Positions 1 through 12,300 of a stretch of DNA of 64,000 nucleotides are shown in pieces. The stretch is from IMG/VR virus record IMGVR_UViG_3300050156_000143, positions 96,001 to 160,000 of that record. One strand, given 5' to 3'. The position numbers and the translations under genes are program-made. The stretch is from a virus. Its lineage: Duplodnaviria; Caudoviricetes. Position 1 is the first letter of the stretch. Every line of letters begins with the position of its first letter. Under the pieces are notes generated by a model, which saw only the letters and a list, made by a program, of their open reading frames with translations, was not told where the DNA came from and ran no database searches.

Positions 1-3000
1 TGCGCTGGTTTTCAAATAAACGCCAACCAATTGGTGATCCGTGATCGTGGTGCCGTTGACCCCACGTTGTAGCCCAGTTAATGTGTTAAAGGTCGGGTTC
101 GAGCTGGCGTAAAAGATGTCTTCATCATCGACGGTAATAACTCCGGTGGAAGGTAAGCCAACCACGCTACCAACTCGAATTTGAGTGGCACCAATTCCTA
201 CATATTCGGTGATTTTGGTCACTACAATGGTGGAATTATCTGCCAATGAAATACCACAATTGTTTTTCCACCCAGAATATGGTGATTCACTCCAGATGGT
301 ATCCGATGCAACAAATTCATTTGAATTTTTCACCACCGACTTCAACATCGGAGAAACATAGTCACCCCCACGATACGTTGCTGGTAAATCAAAATCTGAG
401 ACGGCCCCGTATGTGCTATCCATTAGGGTGTTACTTTGAACGAAATCGCGGATAACCACGTGGTATGGTTTCGCTTCTTGAATGTAGTCCTCCAAAAAGC
501 TCGCGTTATCCAGCAAATACTTCTTACTGGCAACTAATTCCCCAGCGTTATATTCAACATCGATGAAACTGGTTTTCATTAGCCAACTCAAATCCAAGTT
601 TGCGAGCTTGTGTTCGTTCACTATGCCCACTAGAAGCATTTCTAGCAGTTTTGCTCGATGGTGCTGTAAATCGTCTGTGAAAACGGTCTCAAACACAGCG
701 CCAACAATATTGCGCACAACGGTGGCTGTGGCAGATAGCACCGATGAGCTGAATTGGTACGTACCACCAATAACTCCCACCAAAGTCCAGGTGGCGGCGT
801 CGTAGCGGTAATATTCTATGGTTTGCCCACTCACTGACACCACCATGCCCACATATGGCGAAGGAACAGTTTCAAGTCCATGAATATTTGGTACATGTTT
901 TACCGCCTTTTGTTTACCATACGCTGCATCCCACCAATCAACCTGTTTAACATACGAAGCAATGTCGTTGGGGCATTGTGCGACAACCGTAGATAACACG
1001 GTGTTAACATAGTCTATCACCGTTTTAAATGCGGCATTTGCATCCATAGACATGGATTGGCGAGGAACGTTGGCCACACCGTATTTTACTGATGTTGGCA
1101 ACGATGGGTCAGGTACTACCAAACTGTTCGAGTCGATGCCAGAAATGCTATCCAACAATTTGAGGTACAGCCCAGACTTGGTATCAAACCCTTCTATAAA
1201 TTCCCCGGAATTGGTGATCAGGCTGAATTCAGACGTGATTGGTGAGGTGCCACCAGTTGAAAAACAGAGAGTGTTGTTACCGTTGCACTCGACGCCACTG
1301 AACACCACATTGTTGGAATTCACCGTAACATACGGAATTCCACTATTTTGCGGTGAAAGCAGGTACATGGCAATGATGGTGTCCGACAACGTCTTGTTTG
1401 CACCAAGCACACCACTGTTATCTTGCCAGTAGTGGTATCGTGTTACCAATCTTCCAGTAGAATCCACCACTACCGATTGTGAAAACTGTTTGTCAGGTTT
1501 GGTGGTAGAGGTCACCCATGTTGATGCCACAGTGGTGCTGCCTGGTGCCCATGAATCTTGCCCCGTGTATCGCAAGTTTGACACGTCTGCCCATACTTCA
1601 CCATCGTGATCCGAATGCCACATTTGATAATCGGCGGGATCAACTGATCGGAGGTAATCCGCGTTGTCTGTGATTACTGAAAATATCTTACCCTTGGAAA
1701 AGTCGATGACTTCCAGATCGGTGGCATCATCTCCATGTATTTTCACGGAGTTTAGATGAGATAAATCGGCACCATACACATTGATGTCAATTTCAGTGAA
1801 CTTTTCAACCAATTGGAAATGTACGTTACTTTGTGAGCCAATCGTCATTTCGTTGGAATTGATCGCAAAAGTATTAGAAAACCCTTGATAATCACCTGGG
1901 TTTTGCAATATGGCGCATTTCAAATATATTCCGTCAATTGACTGACATACATCAATTGCGCCCCCGTCTGGGTTGGAATCCACCGATGTGGTGGCGCCTT
2001 GATCCAAAATAACACCAATGTCGATGTTCAATGAAGTGAGTTGTTTTGGCGCAGCAATATACAGGGTTTTGGTCTCGTCGAATTTGACCACCATGCCATA
2101 ATTTGAATACAAATCGTCCCTCGTGGCAATTAATTGCTGTTGCACTGTGTACGGCGTATAGTCGAGAGTATTGGCCACGCTGGTTGATTCCAGGGTGATG
2201 GTCAAATAATCTCCAATGGTGCCCACTCGTTTGTTCTTGATTTTGATTGCCACCCCAGACAACGCCACCGTGGCGATCACGTTTGCGATATCGGCATGGT
2301 TTATTTTTTGTGCGATTTGGGAATTGGTGTCAGTGTCGGCAATGGATACAAGTACCCCGTTGATTAAGACATTGGTAGAAATTCCAGGATGAGAAACGAA
2401 TATTTCCCCATCGGATTTTCCACCATGCTTCGCCACCGTGACCGTTCCGGTGTTGGTGTTACTTGTGGCTTGCCCAGGTGCGCCAATCGCCAGAAGTTCT
2501 GCGTGGATTGTCGTTGCGATAGATTTGCCGTAATTGGCATCCTGTGAAGCTACCCCCCAAACGTCGATTGTCATATTTTGCTGTAACACTAATATGCCAG
2601 TGTTGATAGACAAGATCGCCAATCCGGGGTCATCTACCAACGTGATACTAGAATCTGAGAAACTGTAGTCATCACCATCTACCAACAAGACGCCATTCAT
2701 CTTGACTACTGGGTCGGTAGTTGAATAATCGGCAAATGTGGAATATTTTAGGCTTCCAATTTGTGTAGTAATTTGTTGCACCACTCTAGAATAAACTTGT
2801 ACCAAACCTTGGCCACCATCGGCATTTGCGTATGAAACAATGATAGTTTCAGCAGACGAATCCGTTTGAATCCCAGAGATAACCAACCCAGACGCAACCG
2901 CAAAATCAAACCGTTTGGTGATTGTCCAATCAACCAACATAATACCGGTGCCAGCAGCGATCTGGGGCATTTGCTTGTCCACCGTATACGTGGTGACATT

Positions 3001-6000
3001 GTTGGCAAAAATTGCGCTCAGTATGATGTATTGTATTCCTGCAATTTGGATAACAATGTGCGCGGGGATAACAGAAGTTGTGTTCCCTGTTAAAGCGAAT
3101 TGGGTCGCACCAGATACTATACTTGGAGTGTCTTTTGTGGAGTCTGATAAGTTTTCTATCAGTTGAAGACCAATAATTGAACAATCATCATCCATATTTT
3201 TGCTGACAATTGCCCACTCTCCGTCTGCGGATAGTGATATCACCTCACCAACAACGGCATCAACGTTACTATCAGTGTATTCCCCAAGGTCGCACACCAC
3301 TAGCTGGGTTGATTTGTTGGTGATTCGCTTGAATGTTACAGTGTTATCAGACGATAGCGCCAACGTGCCACCAACAGACAATTCAGCGTTTGACGCAATT
3401 GCAGAGTGTGTTCCGTTTATTGCCCCGTCGATATATCTCACAACTGAGTTAGACGTTAAACCAAACGTGGCATATTCAGTATTACCAAACAGTTTTCCCA
3501 CCGTTGAAGAAACGGTTTGGCCAACTTCTGATTTGATGGTTGAATATTCAACATTGTTAATCCAAAACCTGGTTGTCCCATTTGGCACCACAGTGGCTGA
3601 TTCATATTTTCTAGACGTCAAACGCAGCACCGTTCCAGCACCTTTGATCGTCTTAGTTGAACTACCCATGTCATATGCCACCGTGGCTGTTAGATGAGTG
3701 GGAGTGGATAAAATTTGAAATTTGCCAGTAATCAGTCCAGAAACAACAATTAAATCCCCAACTGATAGATGATGAGAGGTGGAAAATGATAGAGTTGAAG
3801 TTGAATTCAACGCTGGGGAAACACTGACAACTGTTGGTGCCACCACCGTTTCACACACGTTCCAACCAATGGGCGTGTTGGCAAAAGTTACGTATTCACC
3901 AACGAGCATAACGTCAGATGATGCGAAAAATTCACCAAACCCATAATATGAATGATCCACCTCAACGTTGCCACCAAAGTCGAAAACTGAAGAGGCCGGT
4001 GAATCCACAATGAGCGAATCCGGTGGAGAAACCTTGTAACCCAGGATATCTTCACGGCGCAGAGGATATTGGCCAAACGTTAGAGCCGTTCCCTGAACTA
4101 TTGGCGATAATGGGTATTCTACGTAGTTGTCCCCTGTGAACCCAAAATCACGCGCTTTGATCGCCCAAATTTCTGAAGTAGAGTAATTAATTTCTCCACG
4201 AACCAATTTGGCAGTGTTGAACGCATCTAATGCAGTGTTGGTGCCCTTTGATTCAACCATGTTTGAATATGCGTGGAATTGGGCAATTTCGGACAAATCC
4301 GCATCCAACAAGTAATTTCGAGCACGGTATCCAACTAATGATGCAGCCAAATTGCCATCGTCTGTTTCAAAGTCAAATTTTGATGAATCGTATCTATCCA
4401 AAGATAGGGACGCTCGGTGCGATAGATTAGTCAGGAGTCCACGTTTGATCTCACCATATTCAGTCACAATCCACGAAGATTTGGAAAAGGCGCTTGGCCC
4501 GGTTAATTCTTTGGCTGTATAGTAAACACCGTTGTGTTTAACAATGGCTCCAAGTTGATAGCGAGTGTTTTCATTCCATTCTGGTACATCCCCTTGGTTC
4601 ATGATAAACCCAGCGTGGTTGACGAATCCATGCCACTCTGCGGTCTTCGTCCCCTTCACGATCAGTCTAAACTGTCTGAGGCCCGTTTCCAGATTGTAGA
4701 TCAGATCATCGAATGTGGTTTTATTATCAAATATCACCAAATGTTCGATCGATGCAGACTCAAACTGCGCATATGACAAACTATCAGACAATTTGTTGGG
4801 AGCTAGTTCCAACTCAGTGCCATCCCGAGAAATTTGCATGTCTGATGTTGGGATGACTGTCAGGTTTTGTGATAGAACACTGTGTTTGCCACCAAGTGGC
4901 TGGATCACTCCTGACTCAAGATTGATGTGAATCTTTTTAGCACACGGATTCAAGTTAATGGAACTGCCAGAATCCCACCCAGACTGAACCCAGTACAGCA
5001 ATTCGCCGACCATTGACGACCAATCCACCAAATCACCAGAGTCCAAGTAGTCGAACACCAACCCGTTGGATTCTAGATACGCCCCGTACCCTACCATGAA
5101 TTCAGAAAGTGTCTGCACGGTGGAAAACACGGTGCCATACGCGATCGATTTAACTTGGTCGAATTTTGTGGGAAGATTGACCGTCAGGTTGCCCACCGTT
5201 TTTGCAACCGTTTTGGCATGCTTAATGGGAGTGTAGAAATTGAATTTGGGAGTTTTTTGCGAATTTCCCCATACTGCATATCCGGTATCAGTCTTTTGGA
5301 CAATTACCGAGCTGTATTCCGGCAATCCGATTTGCGCAACGTGGTTAACAATGGCGTAATTTTCATCTGGGATCAACAGAGATTTGCTCTTTCCATTTGG
5401 GGAAGTTTTCTCCACAAAGAATTTCAGCATATTTTGATCTGAAAATCCTGCCAAAGGATAACTCAACCTGACATCCAAATTGGTTAACGCAGCGTTAAAA
5501 TAGTCAGTCGCATCGATCCCGTGTTGGAGCATACTGTCAATCACCAGTGGCGCAAATCCATGTTGCGGACTATCTGAAGTTCCATACGGCGACGTAAGAG
5601 CAGACAGTTTTCTAGACACCCCATCAACTTGGTATGAATTTGCACTATTGTAACGATCTGAATCCAAATTTTCACATACGAATTTCACCGGATTCGTTAA
5701 GAAATAAATTTTAGCCAGATCAAACATAAACTGGCTGGATTTTCTGTATGAATATTCAACTGGCCCAAGATCGCCAGCCACCCAATCCCGATTGAAATTG
5801 AACAGTGGCTCATACGTGGGAATCAAATTCCCAATCACGGGAACCAACTCCCCGTTGGTGTCCACCGGGATAACAAAATTGTTCCGAACACGTTCTGGGA
5901 TTACTTTGGGGGAACCGTTGTTGTAATCTATGCCTGCGGCAATATCACCCCACAAGAGTGCATTGTCGGAAGTATACGGCGATACGCCGTATTTGGTATC

Positions 6001-9000
6001 CCACCACGATGGTTTATTGGAATATCCGAGAATAGTCCACGGCAGATTTGGGGTATCGGTGTCGTAATGATGTAAATATAATCCCTTAGTATTACCAATG
6101 GTGACTTGATCGCCCAACACATCATAACAGCCACGATAATTCCACGTGCGTTGGTCAAGTAGCGTGTAGTATTGGGAGGTATGATCTAGTTTATGTTTTC
6201 CTAACCATGCGTTAAAAAGTTCGGCATACATAGTGGAAAACTCTTGGAAGTCACGGCTTTTTCCAGGAATGTATGACACCGGATTGACACCAGCGGTCGT
6301 TTTGATGTTGTTGAAAATTCTGACCTCAAATTCAAACAACACCGCATCTCTGAAATCTGAAAATACACCGTCCGCATACTCTCCGTACATCTTAGTGACG
6401 GAATAATCATGACCACGTATGACCCAGGCGGGATTAACGTAGGTCTCATCATATTCTACATGTGGGGGCTGTGACGTAAATATTCCAAGTTTGGACGGGG
6501 TATTTGGTACATACGCCCCATACGTCACATCATACTCGACCACCAAGACCACATCACCCGCGCTTATGTTATACACAATGGCTTCTGGAGAGGTATTGGA
6601 CAACTCGTAGTCAACGCCGCGAACCAAGATCACATCATGCACAAAATCATCTACTGTAGCGCGACGATACAAATTCACTGCACTGTATGAAGCAACGTTT
6701 GAATACGTTTTCGACAGCGCGATACTCGCATTCACGAAATTGGTCGCAAAAGTATATGAAACGGTACTGCCAATGTCTTTTGGAACCATATCGCTATAAT
6801 AGAATGGCCCTTGGAATTCACGGTTTTCAGCAATTTCTCCAAGAATTTCATCCAATATTTCTCGTGGCTGAGTGTAATAACTCAGTTCGCGGGAGCCGAC
6901 CAAGTTGTTCAGAGTCGATTTGTAACGGAAATACTCACTAGCAGAATACTCAAGTGCATCAACAATGTTGAGATTGGTGTCTCCCAACATTGCCCCCAGA
7001 TAAGCCACCGGAAAGCTCGATTGAATCAACTTATTAGCATACTTCGCTGGGTTGGCCAATTGACTGAAATTGTTCACCCCCAAAATGTTGCCAGAAAAGT
7101 TCGGATGATTGTTACAAATACTCTTATGTTGCTCTCTTAAATCACCTGCATTGATATTTACCACATCACCGTTGAATGGGTTGTTATTCAAATTGGAAGG
7201 CACTTCATAGTATGCGGTCTTGCTGACTTGGGCACTATAAATTTTTATCTGAATCTTGTCACCAATTGACGCACTTGGAGTAATGGTGGTTACATCGGTT
7301 ACCACCATTGTGAACTCAATCGCGTCACCATTCACATCATTGACTATCACAGTAGGCCACGCTGACTCAATCGGAACAATGTCACAGACTATGGGTGAGC
7401 CGATGAACGTCTGTTCAAATACCTGATATTGCACACTAGGGCCAACCGTTTTAACCCACCCGTTTAACACCGTGTCTCCAGCATGTGCTACACCAGAATT
7501 GACCGCAATAGTTTCACCATCGGCAACGAATGTATCAGAATTGTAAAACGCTTGGAAAGATATGTCACCCAAGTTGGTTACTGAACTGTATGCCAGTGGG
7601 AACCCGAGTTCAATGTCATCGCTACTGGTGCCAACTTTGTACCCAAACAACTTTGATCCAGAGAATGTTGTATCTGGGTAAAAATCGGAGTTACCAAATG
7701 ATGCTCCAGCCGTCGAAAACACATCAAACAGCGGTGGCTGATTCGTGGTGGTTTTTTGTTGCGAAGTCTGCCAGGAATCGGTGTAGTAAAACGATTTCCC
7801 GGAATTTTGGCCAAGTTGGACGTTAATTTGACTCCCAGAGGTGATCGGGAATTCTGACAAGGTGGCCAGAGTGATTACCCGATCTTCACCATAAGTAGTC
7901 ACTGACTTACGCGCAATAGTCACACGAGTGGTGGAATCCGATGAAAACACGACCAATGCACCGTCATACAATTCGTTGTCGGGTTGCGCAGGGTGAATAG
8001 AACCTACGTCCAAAAACACCCGGTTAGCCCCAATAATATGTGTTTCTACATCCAATGTTGACCCGAGAATTACTTGCCCAGTGATCGCATTTATTGCCAA
8101 AGACGAGTTAGTTCCAAAATTCACCACTTCCCCGTCACGCATCAATGTGACAAAGTTTGCGCCAACTGTGGCGACCGTGTATGCGACGTTTGCCAATATG
8201 CTGCCAGCAACACCCTGATAAAACACAAAAGTGTTTCCCACAGTAAAGTCCGATATGGAGTTAGTGGTGATATACACCGTGCTGCCAGACGTTGAAGTCA
8301 CGGTTGCCGACTTTACGTTCACCAAATTTCTAGAGGTGGGAGACACATAGAAGTCAACGTCCCGTGCAACTTCACCATGATTAAACAGTTTCAAGTCGGT
8401 ATAGAACTCAATGATGGGGCGCTTAGCCCTGGCGCTTTGATCATCTAAGATTTTTTGAGCAGTTGTGGTGGCATTGATGCTAGCAGATTGTTCTAGCACG
8501 GATTGGTGGAACCATCTGTTGGTACGTGACCAAGCATTGCGATCTTCGGATGCACGATTTATGGTGATGTAGTCTTTTGTGGTCGCATATGCGACACTTG
8601 GGTCATAAACCTCACCGAAACCCGCCTCATCGTATGCAGTAAATGATTCTGTCCCAAACAGTTTTGGCACCGATAGTTCTGCCACGGGAACCAGCCGAAT
8701 AGAGGAACCGACTCCCTCCACGTAATATTCAACCCCAATATAAGAAGACGGGTGAATGTTGCCACTGAAAAGAACTTTTTGCCCATTCAGAAAAACCACG
8801 TCGCCAACAGTGGCGCTAGGCTTGCCGACAATAGTGGAATCAACGTTGAGATAACTTTCTGAGACGATGTTAACCACTTCTGGCCCAGTTGGTAGCCAAT
8901 AGTATTGGTTATAGTTAACCAACATGTCCAAATTGCAAAATGCGTCCCAAGCATAAAACTCATTTGAAAACAGCCTGGAGTGATCAGTGACAGACGAACC

Positions 9001-9294
9001 CATGAGTTTTATGGCGTTCACGACATTGGTGTATGTCAATGCCGACTTCACCGTGTTGGAATCCGTTTTCACCACGGTCGGTTCCAACATGTACTGATTG
9101 CGATCACCAATGGTGGGGACGTACCCATCAGATGATTGGGCGCCTGGCCCGAACTTTCTCCCAATATAGCCAGAAATGGGGGTTACCAATTCTTTGCTAG
9201 ACAATGGCTCAAGAGTCGATTGTAAGAATTGACGGTTTTCTGGTGTTTTAAAAACTTCTGGGAGAAACGTGTTGGAACGAGCGCTGTTTTTCAT
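1..9294 (-). CDS. Giant baseplate/tail structural protein, >3098 aa, 3' end outside the window (gp7-like by position)
   Basis: ATG at 9294 (MKNSARSNTFLPEVFKTPENRQFLQSTLEP...). Spot-translated frame is open at ~8400-8600 (DYITINRASEDRNAWSRTNRWFH, RAKRPIIEF) and at 1-60. The ORF track has no closed ORF in this frame, consistent with no stop. Follows gp6; TAAATA at 9318-9323. Confidence 0.85.
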   Translation of the reverse strand, partial: MKNSARSNTFLPEVFKTPENRQFLQSTLEPLSSKELVTPISGYIGRKFGPGAQSSDGYVPTIGDRNQYMLEPTVVKTDSNTVKSALTYTNVVNAIKLMGSSVTDHSRLFSNEFYAWDAFCNLDMLVNYNQYYWLPTGPEVVNIVSESYLNVDSTIVGKPSATVGDVVFLNGQKVLFSGNIHPSSYIGVEYYVEGVGSSIRLVPVAELSVPKLFGTESFTAYDEAGFGEVYDPSVAYATTKDYITINRASEDRNAWSRTNRWFHQSVLEQSASINATTTAQKILDDQSARAKRPIIEFYTDLKLFNHGEVARDVDFYVSPTSRNLVNVKSATVTSTSGSTVYITTNSISDFTVGNTFVFYQGVAGSILANVAYTVATVGANFVTLMRDGEVVNFGTNSSLAINAITGQVILGSTLDVETHIIGANRVFLDVGSIHPAQPDNELYDGALVVFSSDSTTRVTIARKSVTTYGEDRVITLATLSEFPITSGSQINVQLGQNSGKSFYYTDSWQTSQQKTTTNQPPLFDVFSTAGASFGNSDFYPDTTFSGSKLFGYKVGTSSDDIELGFPLAYSSVTNLGDISFQAFYNSDTFVADGETIAVNSGVAHAGDTVLNGWVKTVGPSVQYQVFEQTFIGSPIVCDIVPIESAWPTVIVNDVNGDAIEFTMVVTDVTTITPSASIGDKIQIKIYSAQVSKTAYYEVPSNLNNNPFNGDVVNINAGDLREQHKSICNNHPNFSGNILGVNNFSQLANPAKYANKLIQSSFPVAYLGAMLGDTNLNIVDALEYSASEYFRYKSTLNNLVGSRELSYYTQPREILDEILGEIAENREFQGPFYYSDMVPKDIGSTVSYTFATNFVNASIALSKTYSNVASYSAVNLYRRATVDDFVHDVILVRGVDYELSNTSPEAIVYNISAGDVVLVVEYDVTYGAYVPNTPSKLGIFTSQPPHVEYDETYVNPAWVIRGHDYSVTKMYGEYADGVFSDFRDAVLFEFEVRIFNNIKTTAGVNPVSYIPGKSRDFQEFSTMYAELFNAWLGKHKLDHTSQYYTLLDQRTWNYRGCYDVLGDQVTIGNTKGLYLHHYDTDTPNLPWTILGYSNKPSWWDTKYGVSPYTSDNALLWGDIAAGIDYNNGSPKVIPERVRNNFVIPVDTNGELVPVIGNLIPTYEPLFNFNRDWVAGDLGPVEYSYRKSSQFMFDLAKIYFLTNPVKFVCENLDSDRYNSANSYQVDGVSRKLSALTSPYGTSDSPQHGFAPLVIDSMLQHGIDATDYFNAALTNLDVRLSYPLAGFSDQNMLKFFVEKTSPNGKSKSLLIPDENYAIVNHVAQIGLPEYSSVIVQKTDTGYAVWGNSQKTPKFNFYTPIKHAKTVAKTVGNLTVNLPTKFDQVKSIAYGTVFSTVQTLSEFMVGYGAYLESNGLVFDYLDSGDLVDWSSMVGELLYWVQSGWDSGSSINLNPCAKKIHINLESGVIQPLGGKHSVLSQNLTVIPTSDMQISRDGTELELAPNKLSDSLSYAQFESASIEHLVIFDNKTTFDDLIYNLETGLRQFRLIVKGTKTAEWHGFVNHAGFIMNQGDVPEWNENTRYQLGAIVKHNGVYYTAKELTGPSAFSKSSWIVTEYGEIKRGLLTNLSHRASLSLDRYDSSKFDFETDDGNLAASLVGYRARNYLLDADLSEIAQFHAYSNMVESKGTNTALDAFNTAKLVRGEINYSTSEIWAIKARDFGFTGDNYVEYPLSPIVQGTALTFGQYPLRREDILGYKVSPPDSLIVDSPASSVFDFGGNVEVDHSYYGFGEFFASSDVMLVGEYVTFANTPIGWNVCETVVAPTVVSVSPALNSTSTLSFSTSHHLSVGDLIVVSGLITGKFQILSTPTHLTATVAYDMGSSTKTIKGAGTVLRLTSRKYESATVVPNGTTRFWINNVEYSTIKSEVGQTVSSTVGKLFGNTEYATFGLTSNSVVRYIDGAINGTHSAIASNAELSVGGTLALSSDNTVTFKRITNKSTQLVVCDLGEYTDSNVDAVVGEVISLSADGEWAIVSKNMDDDCSIIGLQLIENLSDSTKDTPSIVSGATQFALTGNTTSVIPAHIVIQIAGIQYIILSAIFANNVTTYTVDKQMPQIAAGTGIMLVDWTITKRFDFAVASGLVISGIQTDSSAETIIVSYANADGGQGLVQVYSRVVQQITTQIGSLKYSTFADYSTTDPVVKMNGVLLVDGDDYSFSDSSITLVDDPGLAILSINTGILVLQQNMTIDVWGVASQDANYGKSIATTIHAELLAIGAPGQATSNTNTGTVTVAKHGGKSDGEIFVSHPGISTNVLINGVLVSIADTDTNSQIAQKINHADIANVIATVALSGVAIKIKNKRVGTIGDYLTITLESTSVANTLDYTPYTVQQQLIATRDDLYSNYGMVVKFDETKTLYIAAPKQLTSLNIDIGVILDQGATTSVDSNPDGGAIDVCQSIDGIYLKCAILQNPGDYQGFSNTFAINSNEMTIGSQSNVHFQLVEKFTEIDINVYGADLSHLNSVKIHGDDATDLEVIDFSKGKIFSVITDNADYLRSVDPADYQMWHSDHDGEVWADVSNLRYTGQDSWAPGSTTVASTWVTSTTKPDKQFSQSVVVDSTGRLVTRYHYWQDNSGVLGANKTLSDTIIAMYLLSPQNSGIPYVTVNSNNVVFSGVECNGNNTLCFSTGGTSPITSEFSLITNSGEFIEGFDTKSGLYLKLLDSISGIDSNSLVVPDPSLPTSVKYGVANVPRQSMSMDANAAFKTVIDYVNTVLSTVVAQCPNDIASYVKQVDWWDAAYGKQKAVKHVPNIHGLETVPSPYVGMVVSVSGQTIEYYRYDAATWTLVGVIGGTYQFSSSVLSATATVVRNIVGAVFETVFTDDLQHHRAKLLEMLLVGIVNEHKLANLDLSWLMKTSFIDVEYNAGELVASKKYLLDNASFLEDYIQEAKPYHVVIRDFVQSNTLMDSTYGAVSDFDLPATYRGGDYVSPMLKSVVKNSNEFVASDTIWSESPYSGWKNNCGISLADNSTIVVTKITEYVGIGATQIRVGSVVGLPSTGVITVDDEDIFYASSNPTFNTLTGLQRGVNGTTITDHQLVGVYLKTSA

Positions 9295-9348
9295 GTGGTT
9301 GATATAGACTCCACTGGTATTTAGGAGTCCAAAACAGCGCTGTTTTGA

Positions 9349-12300
9349 TTATCTAGTCAAGCTGCCACTCAAAGTGGTGATGATTTTGACGTTATCGGTG
9401 GTGGCTGCGTTTACAAAAATCTCATTTGGCGCACTCTTAATTTCATACAGATCACCAAATGTTCCAGACACCGGTTCTAGAACAATTGACCCCACCATAG
9501 TCCCCATTTTTGCATGCAGGTATGCACTTAGCTCACTGAAGTAAAATGTGTCGCCAAAGTCCCATTCTGCGATGTCGAAATACTCGTTCACATATTTGAT
9601 GAGTGATGATTTGATGTCACCGTCTCCCACCGTGGAGTTTATGGGTTTTATCACTTTGAAAGTCGCTTGTAGAGCAGAATTGGCCTTTGGCCCAAACAGG
9701 GGCTTAAATTTTACGCAGTTGAATGCAATGGTGTCACTTGCCATTTTGTACGCATCAAGACCACCATAAGCAACCGAAAGTTCTTGTGCAGATGGCACCA
9801 CTGGGGCTGATATTTTTCCAGTAGAATCCAGTAAGTAATCCGTATATGCCGACAAATACGCCGAAGTGACAATATACATGTCGATTATGTTAGACGTTCC
9901 TGGGTTGATGCGTGAATTTGCTGGTGCAATGTGGTTATACAAAAAAGCCAGCCCGTCTTTCCCAATTTTGGCAGACATTGTGGTAACAGTGGTGACCGAA
10001 TAATTCGCATCGGTGGTATAAAACGCACTACCCGTGTAAAAGATTTGCCCAACTGGGTAGTCATATTTCCCGACATTGATTTCTGCCAGGGAAGTGAAAG
10101 TTGACGCCACAGTGGAAGAATTTATAGGCACCGTCCGAATCAGTGAATCGGAATCGGTCACTGAGTCAAAATACACGCTGGATGTTTCAGAGGTGATGAA
10201 CCCAAACAAATCCGGGTTGGTGTATAGTTTATTTTGGTAGGCAGCGACTTCAACGAAGAAATCATCACTGATCCCAAGTTGACTATCAACGTGTCCCACC
10301 ACGCTTAGTGCATATTGATTACCAAACTGTGATCCATTTTGACGCATGTTTGATGCGTATAGATGTATCGTGTCTTTTAAGTATTGGCCAGATTTGTCAA
10401 TCACAGTGCCATCACTATAGGCGAACCGAACTTGAGATTCTGACGCATAAACGTATGTGAGACCTTTGGTGGTCACTTTGTATTGTGAATCACCAAGGTT
10501 TTCAAACTTTGCAATATACTGGGTTGCGGTCGAAGTAATCGCCCATTTTTCAGAAGTTGGCGCGGCAGAATTATCGTATGTTAGGTAAAAGTCTTGTCCT
10601 AATGCTATTTTGGTGATGCTGGTTTGAATCAGATCGGATGAAATTTCTGGTGTCAGATATGGGTCGATTTCATCGACGATGGCAGTAGACGGCACAAACC
10701 CGGACAAAGTTATGGGGCCAGCACCCGTTGAAAGATTGCCCAATCCACCGTTAAACCCGTCGCCCGAGACTGATAACACGGTGGCCCAAACGCATGGTTT
10801 GTCTGTTGCGCTTGGTGATCCAGAAACTATGAAGTTATTTTCATCAAAATGGTAACCAGATGGTGCAACAAACTTAATGAGTGCATTTTTTTGCACATAT
10901 TTTAATTCGGTGCTGCTATATGCTCCGACCGCATAGGGGACATTGGTAAAATCACCTGGCACCCCTGTTATGTTGTAAAAATATCCAGTGGTAGTATCAG
11001 AAGTAACCGATGATCGGTTCCATGTGGCATTGTTATTATATGAGCCAGCACCCGACAACGTTGGGGTATATCTTGGGTAAACCGAGTGATAATGTTGAGT
11101 CAGACGTTGGGAGGAAATCAGTGTTTTCAAAGTGGTGGAGAAAAACTCTGAAACCTGGTTAGCATCCGTGATGGTCAAGATGGTGTCAGTATCGGAATCA
11201 TCTTTGTATAAGAGTCCGTCCGTTGCCATCACTTTTGCGGACGAATATTTTGCAGTGGGATCAAGCAAATCTAGGTTACGTGACACACCAATGCTTGCAC
11301 GATTCACCGCTTTTGACTTAACAATTGAGCTAAAGACAGTTTGAGGAAACACGTTGTAATCTTCACCATTCACCATTCGGTGTTGGGTGTAATAATGGGT
11401 TGGCGCACGGTGTTTGATATCTGCCAGTGACTCCCGTGTGTTTGCATTGTTGACAATTTGTGTCAACGACAATGATACCAACAGGGCTTCTGCACGATTT
11501 GAACGACTGATGTACGGGATCGACACTTGAATATTTTGCATCTCAGACGGCTCGATGCTGTATTTTTGAGCATTGCTAGAGCGAACATACACAATAAATG
11601 AACCAGACGGTGTGTCACAAAACGTGCCATCACCAAACTGTAAAGTAATTTGGTCATTTGCTCTAGAAGTTACCCGGTAACTTGTTCGGCTATCGACCAC
11701 CGAATACAGGTCATCAACTTGAGTCCATTTTTCAGACGCATTCCCCGATTGATCCAGTGAATATAACCAGATATCACTTTCATTGATCCCTTGAATATCA
11801 ACGTCTATGCTAGTGTTTTCCACTGCTTGGTCAATCGTGAATTCATAGTTTGACAAGGTGCCCTGTTTAAACGCTATGAAATATCCCGTGTTAGCACTTC
11901 CAAAACCAAGTTTATCAGACCGGTACAGCACGGTGAACTTAGTTTGGGGGGTCGGGTCTTGTTCTCGTATTGCACCACCGTTGACAGAACCGCTGACCAA
12001 CTCAAACGTCATATTGTCACCATCAACAATCGACGTATACCGAAATTGCGGGTTGATCGTGGGGGTGTTCAGTGTATATTCATCTGTTTTAATCCCTAGC
12101 ACCGTGTTTGAGGCCGATGGACGTCCAATTCTCTGAGACGATGGCAAAGCAGCGTTTATTACTGCATTCATTTGTTCCCGCCAGTCTGGGTTAGCAGGAT
12201 CGTTCCATATTATGGAAACGCCACTCAGGGAATACCCGTTGATGTCGGTGATCGTTTCTGAGGTTTTGATACTCGTGACTTTGAGTAAACCTTGGGCGTT

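Noticed and set aside
246-8786. About 30 short track ORFs on both strands
   Set aside because: They overlap the single giant minus-strand ORF in other frames and show no recognisable motifs or start signals.
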